DNA of 64,000 nucleotides. It comes from an uncultured Gammaproteobacteria bacterium. Its GTDB lineage: Bacteria; Patescibacteriota; Microgenomatia; UBA12405; JAHJSD01. The translations under genes were made by a program, and so were the position numbers. The stretch lies in assembly GCA_964428655.1 (NCBI GenBank), contig CAYRYE010000001.1:376406-440405 (forward strand), read 5' to 3'. This document shows positions 19,110 to 26,735 of this stretch, piece after piece. The number at the start of each line of letters is the position of its first letter. The stretch's first letter is position 1. Below the pieces are notes generated by a model. It had not been told where the DNA came from, made no database searches, and worked only from the letters and a program-made list of their open reading frames with translations.

Positions 19110-19703
19110 CTATTTTGAAGTTGGCTGCCAATAATAAAGATTAGTTTTTTTACTAAACCCCTTTAGTTTTTTAGAATTAAATCTTTTCAATTCTTTTTTT
19201 TGGTTTTTGTTGAGTTGAGAATAAATATTTTGAGTCACTAAGACGTTTTCTTTTAACTTGCTCAATAATGAGCTGACCCTGAATGCTTTGATTATGGTTG
19301 GGCCGGTATGGAAGTTTCCAATCATTTTTAGTTTTGAATTTTTTGCTGAGAAAACTTTTCCTGCATCAATCCCTACTCCTAGGCTTAGCGGGAAATTATT
19401 ATTGTTCTGGAAGCTATTCATAAAAGATTTCGCCATGTTGAATGCTCTGTTGGCATTGTCTCTTCCTCTAAACAAAACGCCAACGCCATCTCCAAGATCG
19501 TTGATAATTTTGCCGCCAAAAGCAAGGGCGTGTTTCTCTAAAGTAAGATAGTATATATTGAGTAGCCTAGCTGTTTGATTTGCTTTTTGACAAACTACGA
19601 ATTCGGTGAAGTTTCTTAAGTCAAACCAGGCATAAGCGGCAATAAAACCTTTTAGTTTTAGTGAAGCTTTGTTTTTGGCAATGTCAATGTGATGATTAAC
19701 CAT
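19110..19703 (-). CDS. Stand-alone class III nucleotidyl (adenylyl/guanylyl) cyclase-like domain protein (197 aa)
   Basis: AAYAWFDLRNFTEF (aligns to the F-DIvGFT metal-Asp motif), KIINDLGDGVGVLF (aligns to the IGDaym second Asp), and GVGIDAGKVF…MIGNFHTGPTIIKAFRVSS (aligns to RIGIHtGpv…GDtVNlAsR). The transition-state Asn appears replaced (Ile). Confidence 0.5.
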   Translation of the reverse strand: MVNHHIDIAKNKASLKLKGFIAAYAWFDLRNFTEFVVCQKANQTARLLNIYYLTLEKHALAFGGKIINDLGDGVGVLFRGRDNANRAFNMAKSFMNSFQNNNNFPLSLGVGIDAGKVFSAKNSKLKMIGNFHTGPTIIKAFRVSSLLSKLKENVLVTQNIYSQLNKNQKKELKRFNSKKLKGFSKKTNLYYWQPTSK

Positions 19704-19793
19704 AGACTTTAAAGACTAACAATTCAAGAGTTACAGAACTATAATAGCACACACGCGCTTTAGTTAAAGCAAAAAAACTGTTAGAATATTTTT

Positions 19794-20582
19794 ATGAAAC
19801 CAAGCGATTTTGTTGAAGTGGTGGTTAATTCTTATCAAAATGGTAATGGAATATTCGCTAATAAAGTTAACGCTGAGGATTTACTACCAGCCAAAATTGA
19901 TAATTTGAACAGGGCCCTTTTTCTTTTTTACGTAATTCAGTTGGATTATGCTACCAAATCTCAAAAGTTGTACCTTGGGGCCAGGAAACTTTTTAATGAA
20001 TCTATTTTATTTTTTACTCCAGAATTTATTGTCGAGATGGATGAGAAAGAGTTAAAGAATTTGTTAAAGAAAAAGCTCAGGCCGAGATATATAAACGAGG
20101 CGCTAAAGAGGTATAAATTAAATTCTCGTTTTCTGTTGGATAATTATGCTGGCGACCCCAGGAATATATTTAGAAATTCAACAACTGCTCGCGATGCTTT
20201 GAAAAAAATCAGGGAATTCAGGGGTTTTGGGCCCAAAATTGGCAATTTCTTTTTTAGAACAATGGTTAATACTTTTAGTTTCAATTATCCAGACATTGAA
20301 AAAATATTGCCACCTGTGGACGTTCATGATGTAAGAATTGCTTATTTAATGGGGTTTATTTCTTCTGAGAAAATGTCCGGTGATAATATTAAAACGGTTA
20401 AAAATTTGTGGAATTCTGCCTGTCGAGGGGCAAATAAGAGTTGGTTAGAATTCGACAAGGCCTTGTGGTTAATTGGTTCAGAGGGTAAGCCAAAGACGAA
20501 AGAAGATGTTTTAAAGGTGGTTCTGAACATTAGGGAGACAAATGAAGAGAATAGTTTTGCGACAAAATGCTATAAATGTTAA
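19794..20582 (+). CDS. Hypothetical protein with an HhH-GPD-like motif (FRGFGPKIGNFFFR), possibly base-excision-repair-glycosylase-like
   Basis: 262 aa. The helix-hairpin-helix Gly-Pro-Lys-Ile-Gly segment resembles the HhH-GPD superfamily. Confidence 0.3.
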   Translation: MKPSDFVEVVVNSYQNGNGIFANKVNAEDLLPAKIDNLNRALFLFYVIQLDYATKSQKLYLGARKLFNESILFFTPEFIVEMDEKELKNLLKKKLRPRYINEALKRYKLNSRFLLDNYAGDPRNIFRNSTTARDALKKIREFRGFGPKIGNFFFRTMVNTFSFNYPDIEKILPPVDVHDVRIAYLMGFISSEKMSGDNIKTVKNLWNSACRGANKSWLEFDKALWLIGSEGKPKTKEDVLKVVLNIRETNEENSFATKCYKC

Positions 20583-20659
20583 CTCGGTTCCTCCGGGCCT
20601 CGCTGATTATATGCGCGCGATTTTTGTTCGGCTCTTTTGAGCCAGTGATATAAACAATC

Positions 20660-20992
20660 TTAAGTATTAATTCTTGAAGCGTAGTTGAAGCAATGAAAAT
20701 ATTTTTGCCAAAGTTGATCAGAAGAGCTGTGTTGATTTTTACCCCAGAAATAGTCGACTAATAATTCATTTAGCCTTGTTAATTCTTTTAAACGAGCTTT
20801 ATTATTTTTGTTTTTTATACTAAGTTCTAATAATTCAAGTGCTCTTACAAAGGCTTTTTGGCTATATTCTAAGTTGTTTTTATTTTTCCAAATAATTACC
20901 CTATTTACCTCACTGCCAATATTGGCCATTTGTTCGAAAAGGCTCATATTATTCCAATTACCAGAGGCTAGTTTTTGGTGTTGAAAACTCAT
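20660..20992 (-). CDS. Small hypothetical protein (110 aa), second gene of a two-gene minus-strand operon
   Basis: ATGA overlap with the upstream partner. Weak resemblance to MazG-like small all-alpha pyrophosphohydrolases, which I cannot confirm. Confidence 0.4.
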   Translation of the reverse strand: MSFQHQKLASGNWNNMSLFEQMANIGSEVNRVIIWKNKNNLEYSQKAFVRALELLELSIKNKNNKARLKELTRLNELLVDYFWGKNQHSSSDQLWQKYFHCFNYASRINT

Positions 20993-21330
20993 TTTGCTAT
21001 CAACTTGTTTACAATCCTTATTATTTTTTCTTGTGTCTTTGGATTATCTACGCCTTGAGAAAGGTTTTTCAAAGAAGGACGGACATTAATCATTGAATCG
21101 AATTCAATTCTGTCGTTTTCTCCTATTTTTGGATAGATGTTTATTCCCCACAAATTTTTTTGTTTAGAGCCATTTTGAAGAAGAAGAGCTTCTTCGTCTG
21201 CGTGTAATTCTCCATTTATGGCCATTATTTCTTTTTCTATGTCAACAACGGCTTTAACCAAATTACCAAACATTTGCTCGGCCATTTTTTTAAGTTCTTT
21301 AATGGAAACTTTTTGGTTTACAATTTTCAT
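20989..21330 (-). CDS. Small conserved hypothetical protein, DUF5674-like (113 aa)
   Basis: …KELKKMAEQMFGNLVKAVVDIEKEIMAINGELHADEEALLLQNGSKQKNLWGINIYP…FDSMINVRPS… matches from memory the conserved pattern of an uncharacterised family common in CPR and Firmicutes. Confidence 0.4.
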   Translation of the reverse strand: MKIVNQKVSIKELKKMAEQMFGNLVKAVVDIEKEIMAINGELHADEEALLLQNGSKQKNLWGINIYPKIGENDRIEFDSMINVRPSLKNLSQGVDNPKTQEKIIRIVNKLIAK

Positions 21331-21439
21331 TTAAGTAATTTTAACATGAAATGAGAAACAAGTTTTGCTTATTTATAAATTATTTTTCTTGCGCGCGTTT
21401 TTTTGCTTCGCAAAATAAAGTAAATGGTAAAATACTCCC

Positions 21440-22024
21440 ATGCAGAATTTTAAAAGCGTAATTGGCATAATTGCCACTTTACTGGTTCTTGTTGGTTACA
21501 TTCCCTATGTTCGAGATATTATCAAAGGAAAAACAAAACCCCATATTTACAGTTGGTTTCTTTGGGGATTTGTAACTTTAATTGCTTTTGCTTTGCAGGC
21601 TAGTGACAATGCTGGAACGGGATCTCTGGTTACTTTGGCAGCGGGGTTGATGTGTTTGGTTGTTATTGCTTTGGGCTTTATTTACAAAAGTAAAGTAGAG
21701 ATCACCAGAACTGATACTTTGTTTTTAATTTTAGCTTTTATTGCTCTTGGCCTTTGGCTTTTAGCTAAACAACCAACTCTTTCAGCCATTCTTATTACTT
21801 TAGTTGATTTATTTGGTTTTGCTCCGACAGTCAGAAAATCTTGGAACAGGCCCCACTCTGAGACCCTCTCGTTTTATTTTTTAAATACCCTTCGCTTTGC
21901 TTTGGCTGTTTTTTCCTTGCAGCATTATTCAATAATTACCACTCTTTATCCGTCCACCTGGTTGTTAGCCAATGGCTTGTTTGGCCTGGTTCTTGTTATC
22001 CGTCGAAAACAGTTGAGTGAGTAG
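21440..22024 (+). CDS. Small polytopic membrane protein (about 6 TM helices), unknown function
   Basis: 194 aa and highly hydrophobic. Confidence 0.5.
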   Translation: MQNFKSVIGIIATLLVLVGYIPYVRDIIKGKTKPHIYSWFLWGFVTLIAFALQASDNAGTGSLVTLAAGLMCLVVIALGFIYKSKVEITRTDTLFLILAFIALGLWLLAKQPTLSAILITLVDLFGFAPTVRKSWNRPHSETLSFYFLNTLRFALAVFSLQHYSIITTLYPSTWLLANGLFGLVLVIRRKQLSE

Positions 22025-22155
22025 TTGCTCTGCTAGTAGTTTTTAAAAAGTTTTATTTTTCGAAAATCCATGGCGGATAAGGATTCGAGCCTGCTTAGGC
22101 CCTATAGACTGCTTGTGGTGAAGTTTAGGGAAAAGCTTGTATAATTGGACTTAGG

Positions 22156-23838
22156 GTGAGGGAAAAGAAAAAAATTGGCATTATTTTGGCTGGTTTGTTT
22201 TTGGTTGGTTTCTTTCTGAGAATTTGGCGAGTCAATAATTATCCCCCTTTGCTTTGGGACGAAGCGGCATTGGGATACAATGCTTATTCCATTTTAAAAA
22301 CCGGGCGGGACGAGCATGGTCAATTTCTTCCTTTAATCTTTAAGTCTTTCGGCGATTACAAGCCCGGTCTTTATGTTTATTTGACTCTGCCCTTTGTGGC
22401 CATTTTTGGCTTGAATGAGTTAGCCGTTCGTTTGCCGTCAGTAATCTTAGGGTCATTAATGCCCCTGTTTTTATATTTGCTGGTAAAGGAAGTTTTCAAG
22501 AAGAAAAATTGGCCTGTTGGCCAATGGCTAGCAATTCTATCTGCCGCTGTTTTGACTTTCTTACCCTGGCACATTCATTTTTCCCGCGGCGCTTGGGAAA
22601 CTAACGCGATGATGTTTTTCTTGGTTTTGGGCTCCTGGCTGTTTATGAAATCTTTGAGTTCACTATCCACCATCCATTATTCACTATTTGCTTTCCTACT
22701 TTCTCTTTGGTCTTATCAGAGCGCCAAAATGCTAGTGCCGCTGATTTTGTTGGGTTTACTAATTTTTGGAAAATTGGAAATTGTAAATTGGAAATTGTCC
22801 TGCAAAGCGGGATTGTCCTTTGGACGAAAAATTCTTCCATTAATAATTTTATTTTTAATGGGAGCGTGGTATTGGCAGAGTTTTTCCGGCCCGGCCAAGA
22901 ATCGCCTTAAAGTAATGAATCTTTTTTCTCACCGACGGCCTCAGGAGGAAATTCAACAATTGTTAAATGAGGATAATGAAAAAGAAAAGAATTTGCATTT
23001 TTATATTTTTCACGGAGAATGGCTGCATTTTTTTCGAGGTTCTTTAACTCGGTACTTTAATCATTTTTCGCCTCGATTTTTGGCTTTTGACGGAGATTGG
23101 AGCAATCCACGCCATTCAGCCCCCTACTTTGGCATGATTGGCCATGTTAATTTTGTTTTATTGATAATTGGTTTAGGATTTTTTATTTCTAAAAAAAGAA
23201 GTTTAAAAGAATATTTCTTTTTATATTGGCTGCTAGTTGCTCCGTTGCCGGCGGCCTTGACCAGAGACATCGTCTCCGGAGTTAGAGCTTTGGGTATGGT
23301 AGTGCCAATTAGTTTTTTCATTGGGTATGGGTTGATAAATATCAAAATTTCAAAATCTGCTTTTCGCTATTTGCTTTTCACTATTATTTTATTGGATTTT
23401 ATCTATTGGTTTGATCTTTATCACACTCACATGGTAAAAAGACTTCCTAAAGAATGGCTTTATGGTTATAAGGAGGCAATCAGTTTTGTTATGGGCGGCG
23501 AGGATAAATTCGACAAGGTAATCCTGACAGATTTTTACGGCCAACCTCATATTTATTATCTTTTTTACTCAGGTTATTCACCATCTGAATATCAACAGAA
23601 GTTAAAACTGACAGAAAATGAAATGGGCGATGTTGCCAAGATGGAATTTCTGGATAAAATTAGTTTTAGGCCGGCTAGCTGGGGATCAGACAGAGATGCT
23701 GAAGACGCTTTGATAGTTTTTCCTCGCGATGAGTTTTTAAGGGGTGAACTTGAGGGAAAACCTGAAGCGGTTTCTCGACTCGAGCCTTTGGGGGTTATTA
23801 ATAATCAACCAATGTTCTATGGCCTTAAAAATAAGTAA
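22156..23838 (+). CDS. GT39-family (ArnT/PMT-like) glycosyltransferase, paralog 4
   Basis: …LRIWRVNNYPPLLWDEAALGYNAYSILKTGRDEHGQFLPLIFKSFGDYKPG… Contains the 2x14-nt (4x7-nt) tandem repeat at 22771-22798. Confidence 0.7.
   Translation: MREKKKIGIILAGLFLVGFFLRIWRVNNYPPLLWDEAALGYNAYSILKTGRDEHGQFLPLIFKSFGDYKPGLYVYLTLPFVAIFGLNELAVRLPSVILGSLMPLFLYLLVKEVFKKKNWPVGQWLAILSAAVLTFLPWHIHFSRGAWETNAMMFFLVLGSWLFMKSLSSLSTIHYSLFAFLLSLWSYQSAKMLVPLILLGLLIFGKLEIVNWKLSCKAGLSFGRKILPLIILFLMGAWYWQSFSGPAKNRLKVMNLFSHRRPQEEIQQLLNEDNEKEKNLHFYIFHGEWLHFFRGSLTRYFNHFSPRFLAFDGDWSNPRHSAPYFGMIGHVNFVLLIIGLGFFISKKRSLKEYFFLYWLLVAPLPAALTRDIVSGVRALGMVVPISFFIGYGLINIKISKSAFRYLLFTIILLDFIYWFDLYHTHMVKRLPKEWLYGYKEAISFVMGGEDKFDKVILTDFYGQPHIYYLFYSGYSPSEYQQKLKLTENEMGDVAKMEFLDKISFRPASWGSDRDAEDALIVFPRDEFLRGELEGKPEAVSRLEPLGVINNQPMFYGLKNK
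22771..22798 (+). repeat. Perfect tandem repeat, 2 x 14 nt (AAATTGGAAATTGT), also read as 4 x 7 nt, inside GT39 paralog 4
   Basis: Direct reading. Encodes …KLEIVNWKLSC…. Confidence 0.8.
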
Positions 23839-25354
23839 GCGGAAATTGGTTTTGATATTAATTTTATTTTTGGCGGCTTTTTTACGGCTTTATAGATTGG
23901 GTCATTATCCGCCCTTGAATGCCGACGAAGCGGCTATTGGCTATAATGCTTGGTCTATTTTAAAAACCGGCCGGGACGAGCATGGTGGCTTTTTACCCCT
24001 TCATTTCAAATCTTTCGGCGATTACAAGCCAGGGGGATATTTTTATGTTGTTCTGCCCTTTGTTGGTTTTTTAGGTCTTAACGAGTGGGCGGTTAGACTG
24101 CCTTCAGTTTTAGCAGGAATACTTACTGTTTGGCTGGTTTACCAACTGGCTAAACTGCTCTGGAAGAATGAGAAGCTGGGCTTGATTTGGGCTTTTGTTT
24201 TAACCATTTCACCTTGGCACATTCATTTTTCCCGCGGCGGCTGGGAAAGTAATTTTGCTCTGTTTTTAATTATTTTAGGAGTCTATTTTTTTTACAAATT
24301 CCTTTCTACCCGTTTAATCAAATACTTTATACTTCATACCTCATACTTCATACTTTCTCTATATATTTACCACAGCGCAAGAATTATTGCTCCGGTTCTG
24401 TTTTTAGGTTTAGTTTTATTTAACTGGAAGTTTTTTTGGCAGAGCAGGAAGCAAATCATTGCTCCACTGGTTTTTGGTTTTTTGCTTTTAATTCCGCTTG
24501 TTTTTTCGTTTTTAAAAGGCGGCGCTTCATCTAGATTCTCTGGAGTTGGGTTGTTTGCCGATACCGGCCCTTTCTGGCGAGTCAATGAGTTATTAAATCA
24601 GCATGAAGGAAAGGGTTTTCCATTTGTTAGGTTAATTCATAATAGGTTTATTATTTATGGCATTTCTTTTGCCCAGAAATATTTTTCTCATTTTAATGGC
24701 CAATTCTTATTTATTGATGGTGATGATGTGCCCCGAAGCAAAGTGCCTGACATGGGAGTGATGCACTTATTTGAAGTGGGATTTTTAATTTTAGGCATTT
24801 GGTTTTGGCTGCGAGGCAAAAGAAAGTATAAATATTTACCATTCTTATTATTAATAACAGGTCCTTTGGCATCGGCAATGACTTTTCAAGCCCCAAGCGC
24901 CTTAAGATCTTTGCCAATGGTGGTGCCGCTGACCTTTTTTGTTAGTTATGGAATCATTAACATTATTAATTTATTAAATAAAAAATTTGCCAAGCTTACT
25001 ATCTGTTATTTACTGTCTATTATCTATCTATTTAGTCTTTGTTACTGGCAGGATCGTTATTTTACTCATTATTTAAAACGATTTCCTTCGGCCTGGCCTG
25101 ATTTTAGACCGGTTGCGAATTGGGTTAAAAATAATGGTGATCAGTATGAAAAAATCTGTATTACCGGCAATTATGATCAGCCCTATATTTTGGCTTTATT
25201 CTATCTTCAATATCCGCCGGAAAAGATTCAAAAAGAGATTAAATTGACACCACCGGACGAGTTTGGTTTTTCTACAGTTGAAAACTTTGGAAAATATTAT
25301 TTTGGCAATTGCCAGGATTTCGATGGTAAAATAATTCATGGTTCAAAATACTAG
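23819..25354 (+). CDS. GT39-family (ArnT/PMT-like) glycosyltransferase, paralog 5
   Basis: …LRLYRLGHYPPLNADEAAIGYNAWSILKTGRDEHGGFLPLHFKSFGDYKPG… The likely start, ATG 23819, overlaps the upstream gene by 20 nt (ORF track start 23744). Contains the ATACTTC heptamer repeat at 24322-24356. Confidence 0.65.
   Translation: MALKISKRKLVLILILFLAAFLRLYRLGHYPPLNADEAAIGYNAWSILKTGRDEHGGFLPLHFKSFGDYKPGGYFYVVLPFVGFLGLNEWAVRLPSVLAGILTVWLVYQLAKLLWKNEKLGLIWAFVLTISPWHIHFSRGGWESNFALFLIILGVYFFYKFLSTRLIKYFILHTSYFILSLYIYHSARIIAPVLFLGLVLFNWKFFWQSRKQIIAPLVFGFLLLIPLVFSFLKGGASSRFSGVGLFADTGPFWRVNELLNQHEGKGFPFVRLIHNRFIIYGISFAQKYFSHFNGQFLFIDGDDVPRSKVPDMGVMHLFEVGFLILGIWFWLRGKRKYKYLPFLLLITGPLASAMTFQAPSALRSLPMVVPLTFFVSYGIINIINLLNKKFAKLTICYLLSIIYLFSLCYWQDRYFTHYLKRFPSAWPDFRPVANWVKNNGDQYEKICITGNYDQPYILALFYLQYPPEKIQKEIKLTPPDEFGFSTVENFGKYYFGNCQDFDGKIIHGSKY
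24322..24356 (+). repeat. Heptanucleotide tandem repeat (ATACTTC-like, 5 units) inside GT39 paralog 5
   Basis: atacttt atacttc atacctc atacttc atacttt. Encodes …KYFILHTSYFIL…. Confidence 0.8.
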
Positions 25355-26159
25355 ATACAAATTATCAGTTGCCATTGCAGCATATAATGAAGAAAAAAAT
25401 ATTGGCCGCTGTTTAGATTCAGTTAAGGGCTGGGTGGATGAAATTGTTGTTTTCGATGAATTTTCCTTTGATAGAACTAGGGAGATTGCTGAAAAGTACG
25501 GTGCTAAAGTTTTTAAAACTAAACATAAACCAATCTTTCATATCACTAAACAGAAAGCAATTGATAAATGCAAAGGAGAGTGGATTTTACAGCTAGATGC
25601 TGATGAAGTCGTTGATAGAGAATTAAAAAAAGAGATTTTAGAGATAACAAGGCAAAAAAAACACTTTGGGAGTGGCCCGAGGATGCCAATTGCCTTTTAC
25701 ATTCCCAGAAAAAACCATTTCTTGGGAAAGTGGCTTAAAAAAACCGGCCAGTATCCGGATCCGGTAATTCGGTTTTTCAAGAAAGGGAAAGCCCGTTTGC
25801 CTTGCCAATCAGTTCATGAACAAATGAAAGTAGATGGCGAAACTGGTCGGTTAAAAGGTCATTTATTTCACTACCCTTATCCTAATTTCTCTGAATATCT
25901 GCGAAAATCTAATCGCTATACAACCTTGACAGCTCAGGAAATGCTGGACCGAGGCGAAAAGCTGGGCATTGTTTCTTTTTTAAAAGCCTATTTTAAGTTA
26001 GAAAAAACTTTCTGGTCGCTATTTCTTCGCCACAAAGGCTTTTTAGACGGTTTCCCTGGATTTGTTTTCTCAGCCTATTCTGGTCTTCACCACATCACTG
26101 CCTATGTTAAATTCTGGGAGCTTCATAAACAGAGTAGAAAAACTAAAGTGTCAACTTAA
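25338..26159 (+). CDS. Family 2 glycosyltransferase, WaaE/KdtX-like
   Basis: LSVAIAAYNEEKNIGRCLDSVKGWVDEIVVFDEFSFDRTREIAEKYGAKVF…QLDADE. Confidence 0.7.
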   Translation: MVQNTRYKLSVAIAAYNEEKNIGRCLDSVKGWVDEIVVFDEFSFDRTREIAEKYGAKVFKTKHKPIFHITKQKAIDKCKGEWILQLDADEVVDRELKKEILEITRQKKHFGSGPRMPIAFYIPRKNHFLGKWLKKTGQYPDPVIRFFKKGKARLPCQSVHEQMKVDGETGRLKGHLFHYPYPNFSEYLRKSNRYTTLTAQEMLDRGEKLGIVSFLKAYFKLEKTFWSLFLRHKGFLDGFPGFVFSAYSGLHHITAYVKFWELHKQSRKTKVST

Positions 26160-26178
26160 GACACTTTGGGTGTGAAAA

Positions 26179-26207
26179 TAGACAAGGCTTTTCGTAATTG
26201 GTATAAT
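26179..26207 (+). promoter_or_regulatory. Near-consensus sigma70 promoter with extended -10: TAGACA-17nt-TGgTATAAT. The predicted TSS is about 26214.
   Basis: tagaca at 26179-26184, TG at 26199-26200, tataat at 26202-26207. It sits at the 5' edge of a 575-nt GC-rich non-coding island. Confidence 0.5.
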
Positions 26208-26213
26208 TAGAGA

Positions 26214-26735
26214 TGGTGGGAATTTTTGGTTTTACTTGCGATAGACTTACGGATCAAATGTCTCCTGCTCAAGTTAAGCTTGAGGGAGAAAGACCTATAA
26301 GAGGCGGAAGGGGTGCGTGTTTGGCAAGAGGTGGGCCGTGTTCTCAAGAGTGTGATGGGAAAGTAGAAATAACAAGGGTGACGATAAGCGCAAGAGACCC
26401 AAGGGGTTTGATAGTTCCTGTGGGGAGAGTTAGACCGGTTGCTTCTTCGCCTGGTTCGGCAAGGTAATTTCTAAGTTTTGTCTTTCTATAGCTTTTCGTG
26501 CTATACTTTTTTACGGTGGCTGAACCAAAAAGAGGCTTGAATGTAGCTCAACAAAGGGAGTTGGCACGAACAGGCAGGGTTTCCTTTTTTCCTGGGTGCA
26601 CAGTTTTAAGGCCTGCTTTAAGGCGTTCTCAGGAGACACATTTTTTGAAACGAGTTGCTAGTATTCTTCCTCCCCGCCAACGGCAGTTTGTTGAAAAGGC
26701 TATCAGGATCCAGTTTTCATGATAAAATTTCATTA
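26214..26735 (+). ncRNA. Candidate structured non-coding RNA(s) of unknown class in a GC-rich intergenic island. It could contain two transcripts; a weaker TTGTCT-18-TATACT promoter lies at 26478-26507.
   Basis: About 50% GC against a genomic ~36%. Only Gly/Arg/Pro-rich pseudo-ORFs are present. A strong promoter sits directly upstream. Long-range complementarity links 26541-26556 (UAGCUCAACAAA) with 26683-26703 (UUUGUUGAAAAGGCUA). Some RNase P-like and tmRNA-like motif fragments are present, but no complete match was found by eye. Confidence 0.3.

Noticed and set aside
20583-20659. Canonical intrinsic terminator between the convergent genes at 20582 and 20660
   Set aside because: A small GGCUC-UUUU-GAGCC hairpin and a GCGCGC palindrome are present, but neither is followed by a proper U-tract on the relevant strand.
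22060-22130. tRNA-like T-loop motif GGATTCGAGCC
   Set aside because: The flanking sequence cannot be folded into acceptor, D or anticodon stems on either strand. It is probably chance.
26213-26722. ORF-track CDSs 26213-26467 (84 aa) and 26498-26722 (74 aa)
   Set aside because: They are Gly/Arg/Pro-rich translations of a GC-rich non-coding island. They have no protein-like composition or motifs. The true downstream gene starts at the internal ATG 26736.
26214-26735. tmRNA identity for the promoter-driven transcript
   Set aside because: The 5' end loosely resembles the tmRNA acceptor/D-analog region, but I could not find a T-arm (GGGGG-UUCNANU-CCCCC), a CCA-proximal acceptor complement, or a convincing tag ORF ending in AA-stop. 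I left it unclassified.
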